This document shows positions 9,135-18,900 of a stretch of 32,000 nt of DNA, one piece after another. Numbering within the stretch: the stretch's first letter is position 1; each line of letters opens with the position of its first letter. Location of the stretch: assembly GCA_964589775.1 (NCBI GenBank), contig CAZPUN010000057.1, forward strand, positions 26,953-58,952, in the 5' to 3' direction. The stretch is from an uncultured archaeon (GTDB taxonomy: Archaea; Asgardarchaeota; Thorarchaeia; Thorarchaeales; CAZPUN01). The position numbers and the translations under genes are program-made. Below the pieces are notes generated by a model that was not told where the DNA came from, did not search any database, and saw only the letters and a program-made list of their open reading frames with translations.

Positions 9135-10541
9135 TTGTCTGAAGACATTAAAACCCTTGAACCATTCTTCAAAGCAAAGTCTGTTGCAATAATTGGAGCC
9201 TCAGGAATCCAAGGAAGCATCGGTAATGTATTACTACAAAATTTCTTGAATCCGGCTTATAAAGGAAAAGTATATCCAGTAAATCCGAAATATAACTCAA
9301 TTTCGGGTCTGAAATGCTATCCATCAATATTGGAAATTGAAGACCACATAGACTTAGCAGTTATCGCAGTGCCAGCAAGACTGACACCAAAAATAATGCA
9401 AGAATGCGTTAAAAAAGGAATTAAAGCAGCGATTATAATATCAGGTGGCTTTTCAGAGATCGGTCCTGAAGGAAAAGCACTTGAAGATGAAACGATAAAG
9501 ATTGCTAAAGAAGGCGGAATACGCGTAATTGGTCCAAATTGTATAGGAGTATTAGACACAGAAACACATATCGACACATTCTTTTTACCATCATGGCGAT
9601 GTGACAGACCAAGAACTGGAAATATCAGTTTTATCAGTCAGTCTGGTGCATATGCCGCAGCAATTTCAGACTGGTCAGCAATGCTTGAGCTCGGAATTTC
9701 AAAAATTATTAGTTTGGGAAATAAAGCAGATGTTAATGATGAGGATATTATCAGATACTTGTCAAAAGAAGATCCAAATACAAAAGTCATCTGTCTATAT
9801 ATAGAAGGATTTGATCCAGGTGCAGGACGCGATTTCATAAAAGTTGCCAAAGAGGTTGGGCATGAAACACCAATATTGGTAATTAAATCCGGAAGGACTT
9901 CAAGAGGCGCTGCAGCTGTTTCAAGTCATACAGGATCTCTTGCGGGGTCAGACAAAGTATTTGATGGCGCTATGAAACAGGCAGGAGTTATCCGAGCGGA
10001 ATCTTTCGAAGATATGTTCGATATGGCAAAAGCACTTGCTATGCAACCACCAGCCAAAGGAAATAGAATACTAATTGTAAGTAATGGCGGTGGAGTAGCT
10101 GTAATGTCTACTGATGCTTGTGAAAGCTTAGGACTAGACGTTCCAGAATTGTCTGAAGAAATTCAAAACGAACTTAAGAAGTACTATCCCGCAGCATGTG
10201 CCACACATAATCCAATTGATGTTATTGGAGATACAGATGCAAAGAGATATGAGATAGCGTTTAAGATAGCAGCTGCCTCGGATGAAGTAGATGGAGTTAT
10301 TGTTGGATTATTATTACAAACACCAGCATTAGGAATGGATGTTACAAATATAATTGCAACCTATGCAAAACAAATTAACAAACCAGTAGTTGTTGTCGCG
10401 CTAGGTGGAAGATTTACAACACAAGGCGCAAAGATTCTCGAAATGATGGGTGTCCCAGTATATCAAACACCCGAGAGAGCTGCAAAGGCAATGTATGCCC
10501 TTGTAAAGCAAGGAGAAAAAATATATTCTAAGGAAAAGTAA
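9135..10541 (+). CDS. acdA: ADP-forming acyl-CoA synthetase (ACD) alpha subunit, paralogue 2
   Basis: KSVAIIGAS, RVIGPNCIG, SQSGA, SSHTGSLAG, HNPID. TTG start after GAGGG. Confidence 0.94.
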   Translation: MSEDIKTLEPFFKAKSVAIIGASGIQGSIGNVLLQNFLNPAYKGKVYPVNPKYNSISGLKCYPSILEIEDHIDLAVIAVPARLTPKIMQECVKKGIKAAIIISGGFSEIGPEGKALEDETIKIAKEGGIRVIGPNCIGVLDTETHIDTFFLPSWRCDRPRTGNISFISQSGAYAAAISDWSAMLELGISKIISLGNKADVNDEDIIRYLSKEDPNTKVICLYIEGFDPGAGRDFIKVAKEVGHETPILVIKSGRTSRGAAAVSSHTGSLAGSDKVFDGAMKQAGVIRAESFEDMFDMAKALAMQPPAKGNRILIVSNGGGVAVMSTDACESLGLDVPELSEEIQNELKKYYPAACATHNPIDVIGDTDAKRYEIAFKIAAASDEVDGVIVGLLLQTPALGMDVTNIIATYAKQINKPVVVVALGGRFTTQGAKILEMMGVPVYQTPERAAKAMYALVKQGEKIYSKEK

Positions 10542-10551
10542 GGTGATCTAA

Positions 10552-11250
10552 ATGAGCAAAGCTGCAGATATAATAAAGAACGCCTTAAATGAAGGCAGAA
10601 CATTTCTATTAGAGAATGAATCGAAGACAATTATAGCAGAATATGGAATTCCTACAACTGTTTTTGAAGTAGCCTCTTCACCTGAAGAAGCCGTATCAAA
10701 AGCAGAAAAAATCGGATATCCAGTTGTATTAAAAATCCTTTCACCAGATATTATTCATAAATCTGATGCCGGAGGAGTTATTACAAATCTGAAAAATGCT
10801 GATGAAGTCAAGGAAGCATACAATAAAATAATTGAAAATGCAAAGAAGTACAAACCAGATGCAAAAATAAATGGAGTATTTATTCAAGAATTTGCGCCAT
10901 TGGGAATTGAAATTATTATAGGTATGGTCAAGGATCCCCAATTTGGCCCGGCAATAATGTTTGGTTTGGGTGGAATTTTTGTAGAAGTTCTAAAAGATGT
11001 AAGCTTCAGAGTAGCACCATTAACAGACAAAGATGCAGATGATATGATCCATGAGATCAAAGGGTATCCATTATTAACCGGAATCAGAGGACAAAAACCA
11101 GCAGATATTGAAGCACTAAAGAAAACATTAGTGGGAATTTCAAAATTAGTTATGGACTTTCCACAGATCAAAGAATTAGACTTGAATCCAGTTTTTGCAT
11201 ATCCAGACGGCGTCAAATGTATCGACGCAAGAATAATTTTGGAAAAGTAA
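10552..11250 (+). CDS. acdB: ADP-forming acyl-CoA synthetase beta subunit (ATP-grasp)
   Basis: IGYPVVLKI, IIHKSDAGGV, DPQFGP, FGLGGIFVEVLKDVSFR, ELDLNP, DARI. Confidence 0.95.
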   Translation: MSKAADIIKNALNEGRTFLLENESKTIIAEYGIPTTVFEVASSPEEAVSKAEKIGYPVVLKILSPDIIHKSDAGGVITNLKNADEVKEAYNKIIENAKKYKPDAKINGVFIQEFAPLGIEIIIGMVKDPQFGPAIMFGLGGIFVEVLKDVSFRVAPLTDKDADDMIHEIKGYPLLTGIRGQKPADIEALKKTLVGISKLVMDFPQIKELDLNPVFAYPDGVKCIDARIILEK

Positions 11251-11285
11251 GCTCGAACTTCCGAGCTCTACTTTTTTTGTTTTTT
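11250..11285 (+). terminator. Hairpin plus oligo-T terminator after acdB
   Basis: AGCTCG/CGAGCT stem (11250-11267) followed by TTTTTTTGTTTTTT. Confidence 0.6.
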
Positions 11286-11329
11286 CCAAAGCACATAATT
11301 TTAAGAAATAATATACTCAAAAATTTACA

Positions 11330-12517
11330 TTAGTTTTCATCTAATTGATTTAATAATTCGACTTCATGAGATAAAGCTAAATGGATTATATCCTGAGAAA
11401 TAAATGAATTGCCTTTTGCATTCATAATAATAAGGGCAATTACTAAACACAAACTTACGATTCTGTGAGTTATATTGCTCATTTTCAATATTGCATCTGA
11501 ACGTCTAATTAAAGATCGTGTGTAATTAAGTAATCTTTGCAATCCAACTAACTCAGAAATTGCATTATCATCAAGTCTAATTTTTGATAGATAATTCTTT
11601 AATTCATCAATAGTAAGAACTTTACCTTTTAGTGGGTAATATAAAGAGTGTATTGATGATAAATATTCCACAAAAAGAACCTCGTATTTTTTAACTAGAG
11701 CTGTGGTTATACGCATTTGATTATCTTTTATTGCAGATATTTGTGAGAATAATTTTAATGCACTACCAACAAAAGTGGACGAAATTCCAAGCTTAGAAAA
11801 TTGACTGCCGTCTATAAATTTGATATTTACCAGATATGATTTAGAAATTTGATAATTTACTTCAGCACCTAATGAAACTTGAGAGATAACTTCAATAATA
11901 TTAGGATTTTGCATTTCAAACATATCTTTTACTAAGCGAATATGTGCAGGTAACAGTTTAAACATGAATTTTCTTAATAGTACATAGGCTGAATCAATAT
12001 CATCAATGAAAATTTGATTTTGCCTAAGAGAAACTGCAATAAGTGATGAAAAGTAAATCAACGTCTTTTTTACACGGGATAAAATTATATCAATTTCGGA
12101 TTTAGAAAATGCATTCATTTCTAAGAATGAACGCGTCCGCTCAACTATCTGGTTTATGTGACTTGACACACCTTTTGATTTAGTCATTTGAGAAATCTTC
12201 TTATGAGTAGCGAGAATACTCCGAATCGGTGCATCAATACAAATAAATTTACTTAGATTTTCTGTCCTAAATGTAGATAATAAATATTGTAAAAGCATAT
12301 CACCTTCAGATATATCGGATTCAAGAATACCATTGTGATTCTGTGCAATAGAACAAGCAATACCTAGAAATTCAATTGTTGCATACAATAGTTCTTGATT
12401 ATCTTTGGAATCATCTAGGCGATTTACTAATTCAGTTAGTGTTTGCTTCACAACATCTGGGAGGGGGGAACTCAAATATTTATAGACCATAATTGGTTCG
12501 CGTGTCAATTGATGCAC
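11330..12517 (-). CDS. Hypothetical helical protein with four ~100-aa internal repeats resembling AAA+ lid domains
   Basis: 395-aa ORF, no Walker motifs. Repeated ISQ(M/V)...FSK...L..FS.I.A....N.I pattern. Start may be ATG 12490. Confidence 0.7.
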   Translation of the reverse strand: MHQLTREPIMVYKYLSSPLPDVVKQTLTELVNRLDDSKDNQELLYATIEFLGIACSIAQNHNGILESDISEGDMLLQYLLSTFRTENLSKFICIDAPIRSILATHKKISQMTKSKGVSSHINQIVERTRSFLEMNAFSKSEIDIILSRVKKTLIYFSSLIAVSLRQNQIFIDDIDSAYVLLRKFMFKLLPAHIRLVKDMFEMQNPNIIEVISQVSLGAEVNYQISKSYLVNIKFIDGSQFSKLGISSTFVGSALKLFSQISAIKDNQMRITTALVKKYEVLFVEYLSSIHSLYYPLKGKVLTIDELKNYLSKIRLDDNAISELVGLQRLLNYTRSLIRRSDAILKMSNITHRIVSLCLVIALIIMNAKGNSFISQDIIHLALSHEVELLNQLDEN

Positions 12518-12579
12518 CTGTTTTATTTTTAGAAATATAGAAAAAAATATACAATTAAACCTTAGGAATATGTGCGCAT

Positions 12580-13344
12580 TTATTTACCAAACCTACGACC
12601 ACGCTTAGTGTACGAACGAATAGCCCGCCATACATCTATACGGCGTACTTCTGGCCAATATATTTGACTAAAGTACAATTCAGAGTATGCAGATTGCCAA
12701 AGCAAAAATCCAGAAAGCCGTTCTTCTCCAGAAGTTCGTATAATTAAATCAGGATCAGGAAGCCCACGAGTATACAAATACATCTCGACGAGCTTCTCAT
12801 CAATATCTTCAGGATTAATCTCACCTTTTTTGACTTTTTCAGCAAGCGCCTTGAAAGCATCTACAATCTCAGCACGGCCAGAATAGCCAATTGCAACATT
12901 TAATACGTGATCATTGTAATCCTTAGTAGCTTCTTCAGCATCGCGGATAGCCTGTTGCACATCTAGGGGCAAAAGGTCTACACGACCAATCGCTTGAATT
13001 CTGCATTTATGTTTATGAATATCAGGATTTGTAATTACTTCTGAAAATTTTTCTTTTGCAATTTCCATTATTTTAGATACTTCTTCCTTACGTCTCTGAA
13101 AGTTTTCAATTGAGAATGTATATAGCGTTACTACTTTAACACCGGACTCCCACAAATATTTTAGAACTTCAATAACACGTTCTGCGCCATCTCGATGTCC
13201 ATACCATGGGGGTAATTTTCTCTCTCGTGCATATCTTCGATTGCCATCTAGAATTAAACCAACATGCGTAGGAGCCTTCTTTACATCAATTTGTCGATGT
13301 AGCCACCATTCATATAATCGATAGACGGGTCCGGTAAGTAACAT
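12580..13344 (-). CDS. uppS: cis-prenyltransferase (polyprenyl diphosphate synthase)
   Basis: HVGLILDGNRRYA, YTFSIENFQR, DPDLIIRTSGEERLSGFLLWQ, C-terminal RRFGK. Confidence 0.96.
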   Translation of the reverse strand: MLLTGPVYRLYEWWLHRQIDVKKAPTHVGLILDGNRRYARERKLPPWYGHRDGAERVIEVLKYLWESGVKVVTLYTFSIENFQRRKEEVSKIMEIAKEKFSEVITNPDIHKHKCRIQAIGRVDLLPLDVQQAIRDAEEATKDYNDHVLNVAIGYSGRAEIVDAFKALAEKVKKGEINPEDIDEKLVEMYLYTRGLPDPDLIIRTSGEERLSGFLLWQSAYSELYFSQIYWPEVRRIDVWRAIRSYTKRGRRFGK

Positions 13345-13409
13345 AATAATCCCTCATAATAAAAATAGAAGGTTATGCAGCCAAATTAATGTTATGTTAT
13401 GGATAAATT

Positions 13410-13781
13410 TTAGATTAATTTCTCGATCTCTTTGGCTGCTTGAGTCATATAGTGCATAACAAGTCCTAATTTTGCATCAGCTGACGCAGATACTGTCAGA
13501 CATGCATTAAATCCTGCTGATTGAACAGCAAGAAATCCGTTTTTACCACGGACTAGAACTTGCTCTAATTCACCTTTATTAAGTTCCATTGATGCTCTCT
13601 CGCCTAAAGATAAGATTGCGGCAGTCATAGCTGCAATCTTTGCCTCATCGACTTCATTGGGAAGTATTGATTCTATTGGAAGCCCCTCTACACTAACGAT
13701 GGCTGCAGCTTCTATTTCCTGTATTCCTGTAGTTAAATTTTCCAATATTTTTCGTAATGGACTTTGTTTTCCAGAGCTCAT
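13410..13781 (-). CDS. Roadblock/LC7 domain protein
   Basis: AAAIVSVEGLPIES, IAAMTAAILSLGERA, GELEQVLVRG, AKLGLV. Confidence 0.93.
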   Translation of the reverse strand: MSSGKQSPLRKILENLTTGIQEIEAAAIVSVEGLPIESILPNEVDEAKIAAMTAAILSLGERASMELNKGELEQVLVRGKNGFLAVQSAGFNACLTVSASADAKLGLVMHYMTQAAKEIEKLI

Positions 13782-13796
13782 AAATATCAACCTTTT

Positions 13797-14360
13797 TTAT
13801 TTGTACATTCTTTTGAGTACAACCTCACGTGCAATAGCTTGGAAGGAGCGCTTTACACCGACACCTTGAATAGCGATTGTTTCATAAATGGGTATATTAT
13901 CACCGAGCCCCAAGCTATCCAACATTTCTTCCCGTGACATTCTATTAGGTAAGTCCCTCTTATTAAGCATTATTACTATAGGGATTTCTCTACCTAAGCT
14001 GTCACCCAAGAAGAGCTTAAGTTCTTCAAAAGAATCAACATTTTCCTCTTTTTGCTCGGGGTCTGAGTCTGCTACAAATATAATCCCATCTACACCTTTA
14101 AGTACAACCTTGCGTTGATGTTTATGTCGTTTTTGGCCTGCAACGGTAAATACATCAAAAATGACCCTACCTCCTGCAGACATGGGGACATAATCAAAGA
14201 ACAGTGTTCGATTTGTTTCATCTTCAATTGATGTAAAGTCACCTTTTCTAAGACCCTCTACACCACCATATAACCATCGCAAGGCAGTAGTCTTACCACC
14301 AAGGGAAGGTCCATAGAATACAATTTTAAAGTGTATACGTCCAGCTTCGTCCTTTCTCAT
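13797..14360 (-). CDS. MglA-type small GTPase
   Basis: KIVFYGPSLGGKTT, RTLFFDY (G2 with intrinsic Arg), TVAGQ (MglA-type G3), LKGVDGIIFVADS, NKRD. Confidence 0.93.
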   Translation of the reverse strand: MRKDEAGRIHFKIVFYGPSLGGKTTALRWLYGGVEGLRKGDFTSIEDETNRTLFFDYVPMSAGGRVIFDVFTVAGQKRHKHQRKVVLKGVDGIIFVADSDPEQKEENVDSFEELKLFLGDSLGREIPIVIMLNKRDLPNRMSREEMLDSLGLGDNIPIYETIAIQGVGVKRSFQAIAREVVLKRMYK

Positions 14361-14411
14361 TAGATCCAGCCTCTGTTTGTGATTGAAATATAAATAAAGA
14401 AGAGCAACAGA

Positions 14412-14888
14412 TTATACACGTTCGAGCTCAGAGAGAGCTGCTTTCAAGTCTTCATTATCAAGATCACGTTCTCCAATGGGTGCCTCAGCTGTTGCACTTA
14501 GGAATTTGGCTAATTCTTCTTCAAGGACAGCTCCAGATTTCTTCATGACTAGACGAACTAAACCAATATTAATATCAGGCTCAGTTACAACACAAAGAAC
14601 ACCCTTGCCGCAGCTGCTAGCGAAAATCTTTCCGCCGTTAAATTCGCTGGTCACCATCTGAAGCTCCCCGATATCAAGGTTTTTACCTTGCTCTTCACTA
14701 GCACAGAAGACTGCGCTTGCAATGGCGCCTATGCTATCAACATCAACTGGATATGGACTTAACTTAGAAACATGGGCAATAGTAAGGCCTGTTTTGTCAA
14801 CAAGAATTACTTTCTTAATTCCTTTTGTGGATTTTATGATTTCACTCAATATTTTATCAAATGATTTCGGGTCGCTCAAATCAACCAA
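14412..14888 (-). CDS. Roadblock/MglB-like protein with acidic C-terminal helix
   Basis: VILVDKTGLTI, IGAIASAVF, INIGLVRL; tail DLDNEDLKAALSEL. Directly upstream of the GTPase. Confidence 0.88.
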   Translation of the reverse strand: MVDLSDPKSFDKILSEIIKSTKGIKKVILVDKTGLTIAHVSKLSPYPVDVDSIGAIASAVFCASEEQGKNLDIGELQMVTSEFNGGKIFASSCGKGVLCVVTEPDINIGLVRLVMKKSGAVLEEELAKFLSATAEAPIGERDLDNEDLKAALSELERV

Positions 14889-14949
14889 ACCTCGTTAATT
14901 TTTGATTAAATTGATATATTTGTATTCATGTATATGTCTGTTGACCTTA

Positions 14950-15240
14950 TCATTTCAACACGATAAGTACATACTCATCTTCGGGTGCTACGAGTACTTT
15001 TCCTTCAGTAGTATCTAAGGTCAAGAACGATAGCTTTCCACGATTTAACGCTTTTGTAACACCAATTGCCTTCCCAACTAGGGAGGTAATTAATGCTGCA
15101 ACGTGTTCTGTAGTATCGGGATCTAGGTCTGAGGTTATTGGTAACCCCTCAAGATTAGTAACAACAATACCTTTTACGCCTTCATGAGCACGTAGTTTAC
15201 TAAGAGTTTCTTCAAGTTTTTCCTGACTTATCAAGGTCAA
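14950..15240 (-). CDS. Short Roadblock/LC7 protein (dynein light chain roadblock-like size)
   Basis: HEGVKGIVVTNLEGLPI, VAALITSLV, LSFLTL...VLVAPEDEYVLIVL. Probable TTG start at 15240 or 15234 after GGAG. Confidence 0.88.
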   Translation of the reverse strand: MTLISQEKLEETLSKLRAHEGVKGIVVTNLEGLPITSDLDPDTTEHVAALITSLVGKAIGVTKALNRGKLSFLTLDTTEGKVLVAPEDEYVLIVLK

Positions 15241-15424
15241 CGACTCCAACAGCAGTATATAATAAACATTTAATACTATCATTAAATAGCAACGACTAAT
15301 TTAAAATGTTTTGTGGTTGTAATCACTATATTATAATATGTGTAATTCTTATTAATAAATTTAAACAAACATTAAAAGGAACTTATATAGAAGTATTATA
15401 TAAAGATATTTGAGGGAATGAAAT

Positions 15425-15784
15425 ATGAGCGAATCACGGATCAGAGAACTCGTAGCTGAAACGATGGACAAGATTCCAGAGATTGAAGGAATTGTAGTGT
15501 CAAACCTCCAAGGAAAGGTTCTTTTTGGACATACTTTAGATGCAGCGATCGACCAAAATGAGATTGCGAGATTATCCTTACGTATGGCACAGGATGCTGC
15601 CAGCCTTTCAAGAACAACAGATAAAGGCGGCCTAAAAGAAATAAATATTTCAAGTGAACAAGGATTTCTACTAATTTTAGGAGACCCCAAATTTGTTTTG
15701 ACGGCGATTACAGGCAGCGATTCAAGAGAACAATTGGGTCTTATAAAAATGACACTAAAGAAACTCCTTGTAAAATTAAAATAG
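15425..15784 (+). CDS. Divergent Roadblock/LC7-like protein
   Basis: IPEIEGIVVSNLQGKVL, GGLKEINISSEQG, QLGLIKM. GAGGG ribosome-binding site. Confidence 0.82.
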   Translation: MSESRIRELVAETMDKIPEIEGIVVSNLQGKVLFGHTLDAAIDQNEIARLSLRMAQDAASLSRTTDKGGLKEINISSEQGFLLILGDPKFVLTAITGSDSREQLGLIKMTLKKLLVKLK

Positions 15785-15918
15785 GTCTATATACCTAAAT
15801 TTTTTATTTATAATGTAATATTTCCGTAATACCAAAAGAGAAATTGATAGTTTAAAGAATAAGATTGTAATTTATTCTAAACTCCAATAGTTTATCAAAT
15901 AAAAAGCATGTAGGGTTA

Positions 15919-18900
15919 TTGACATTGGTACATATAGAGAAGATTGAACTAAAGGGATTCAAATCATTTGGGAATGATAAAGTTACAATAGAGTTATCCC
16001 CAAAATTTTCAGCAATAGTAGGTCCAAATGGTAGTGGAAAAAGTAACGTCATTGATGCATTATGTTTTGCACTAGGCCAATTAAGTACAAAAACTATGCG
16101 AATTAGTTCATTTTCAGATTTATTATTTAAACCAACAAAGAAAAAAGGACAAACGGGCGCTAAATCAGGTTACGTGGAGTTACATATTAACAACAAAGAT
16201 AGAAAAATGGCTTATGATGCGGACAAAGTAATAATACGACGAGAAATCAATTCAGATGGTAGTACAGCATATCGCGTTAATGGAAAAAGTACAACAAGAA
16301 CCGATGTTTTAGATATGCTTTCAACTATTGGAGTAGATCCTAATGGATACAACATTGTACTTCAAGGAGAAATTGCACACGTAGTTCAAGTCTCCCCAAT
16401 TGAACGTAGAAAGTTGATAGAGCGTATATCAGGAATTGCTGCTTTTGATGTACAAAAGGAAAAGGCGCTTAAAAAATTAGATGAGGCAACCAAAAAATTA
16501 GCTCAAGTCGATACACAACTTTCAGAACGAAGACGCATGTTAGAAAGATTAGAACAAGACCGGCAAGAAGCCATTAGATACAAAGAGTTGAGTTGGAAAA
16601 GGGTTCTCACTCGCCGAAAGTTAATGGAACGGCGCCGTACGTACTTAGTAGAACGAATTAAAAAGCTCGAAAATATGATAGAATCTAAAAAACAAGAAAT
16701 TAATGACATAACAAATCAGATTAATGAAATTGAAAATGAAATTGCACAAGCAGAAGAAGAACGAGAAGCAATCGGACAAAAAATAAATGAAATTGCAGGC
16801 AAAGAGGCATCACAAATATCTATTGAGTGGGCAAATCTGCGTAATAAGATTGAGCAATTACAGATACAGCTAAATACGATTCAAGACAATATTTCAGATA
16901 AAGAGACAAAACGGGAAGAATTAGAGCAAAGATTAAGTAGCATAAAAACTGAAATCGATGAATTATCTATAAAGCGTGACGATTTGAAATCAAAACTAGA
17001 TAAAATTGTGGAAGAAATAAATAGAAAGAATGAAGAAATTGAAAACTTAAATGAACGGTTAGAAAGTGAAGGAGAAGCTTATTTTAATGCATCATCAAAA
17101 ATCAATGAATTATCAAAAATAATCAGTGAATTAGAGGAAACACGCTCACGAATCAATTCTCAACATACATCAAATGAAAGAGAAATTAGAATATTGACCG
17201 ATGATATAGATTCACTTGAAAAACAAATTACAGATTTATATGATGCAAAGGAAAAAACACAAGTGCAGATCAAAAATATGGAAGAAGATATCTTGGATTA
17301 TCAAACAAAATTTGATGATCTAATTGAAGATATAGATCGAACAAATGCAAAATTTAGGGATATTTCAAAAGAAAGCATAGAAACACGTAAAATCTACAAC
17401 AAAACTCGTGAAGAATTAATAAAGATTGAAGCAAGAAACAAAGCATTAAAAGAAGCTCAAGAGAAATTCTTCTCAAAGCAAGGAGCTATCTCAGCAATTT
17501 TAAAACTGCGGAATTCTGGCGAGATTGATGGAATATATGGTACTGTTGCAGAATTAGGCACAATAAATCCACAGTATTCAACTGCACTTGAAATTGCAGG
17601 AGGCGGTCGCTTATCATATATTGTTGTTCGCGATGAAAGTGTTGCTGCAAAATGTATTAGATACCTTAAACAAAAAAGACTTGGACGCGTATCATTCATT
17701 CCACTCGATAAAATTAGAGCGCGAGTGTCCAAACATGATATTGATGAGCCCGGGGTAATCGGATATGCGATAGATCTTGTTGATTATGATGAGGATGTTA
17801 GAAAAGCATTCGAATATGTTTTTGGAGATACATTAGTAGTAGAGACTTACGATGATGCAAGAAGAATTGGATTTAAGGGACAACGAATTGTCACATTAGA
17901 TGGAGACTTGATAGAAGCTTCGGGACTCATCACAGGAGGACATTATACACCCCGAAAGCATGGACTTTCTCTGAAACAAGAAGATAATAAAGAAGAACTT
18001 GAACAAAAACTTCATGGCCTTGAGACAATCTTAGCAGACATCGAATCACGTAAGAAAGAAATTTCACAAAAATTATCAGACTTGGAAAAAGAAAAGAGAA
18101 ACTTAGAAATTGCAATTAATACCGCACAAAAAGAGATCCAGCAACTAAAAGAGCGTAAGAATGATATTGAATACCGTATAAACGCATCCAAAGCTAAATT
18201 AGAAAACACTAAGAATAAAATCAAGACGATTAAGGAAGAACAGATAGAATTAGAAACTAAAATGCAAGAACTCGAAGTAAGCATAAATGAAAAGAAATTG
18301 CAACTTGAGGAATTCCAAAAATTAATTGAAACCAGTACTGCTAAGACATTAAACAAACAAATTTCAGATAAGAGAAAAGAACTTGATGATTTAATTGCTA
18401 AGAAAAGTGAAATTTTACAAGAATACAATGAAATTAATTTCAAAATAAATTCTTCATTATTACCAACAATAGATGAAATCAACAAAAATATTACACAAAT
18501 TAATGATGAAATTCCACAATTACATGAAAAAATAGAGCAAATTAGAACAGAGCTAGAAAAGTATAATGCCGCATTTAGAGAAGTTGATGAGCGAAAAGAC
18601 GTAATTGAAGAAAAAGTAGGTAAATATACCAAACAGCAAACAGAAATAAACCAACATATTAAAGAGCTAAGAGGAAAATTGGATACTCTGAATTCTACAA
18701 TACAAAACAAAACAAGAAATCTGTATCGTCAAGAGAATGATAAGGAGAAAACAGAAGAAGAATTAAAAATTGTAGAACTTGAAATTAAAGAACTTAATTC
18801 TGAACCAATAGATGCTGAAGAACATAAAATTAAAGATTTTGAGAACACATTACCAGATGATTATAATCAATTATCTGAGAAATTAAGGGAGATCGATGGC

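Noticed and set aside
15241-15424. Imperfect inverted repeat (AAAACATTT...AAATGTTTT) in the divergent Roadblock promoter region
   Set aside because: Expected by chance in very AT-rich DNA; no independent support as an operator.
18012-18710. 232-aa antisense ORF inside smc, and similar antisense ORFs inside srp54, the DRG gene, rqc2, infB and the fumarase gene
   Set aside because: Shadow ORFs rich in S/F/L/I caused by codon bias of the sense gene; no motifs.
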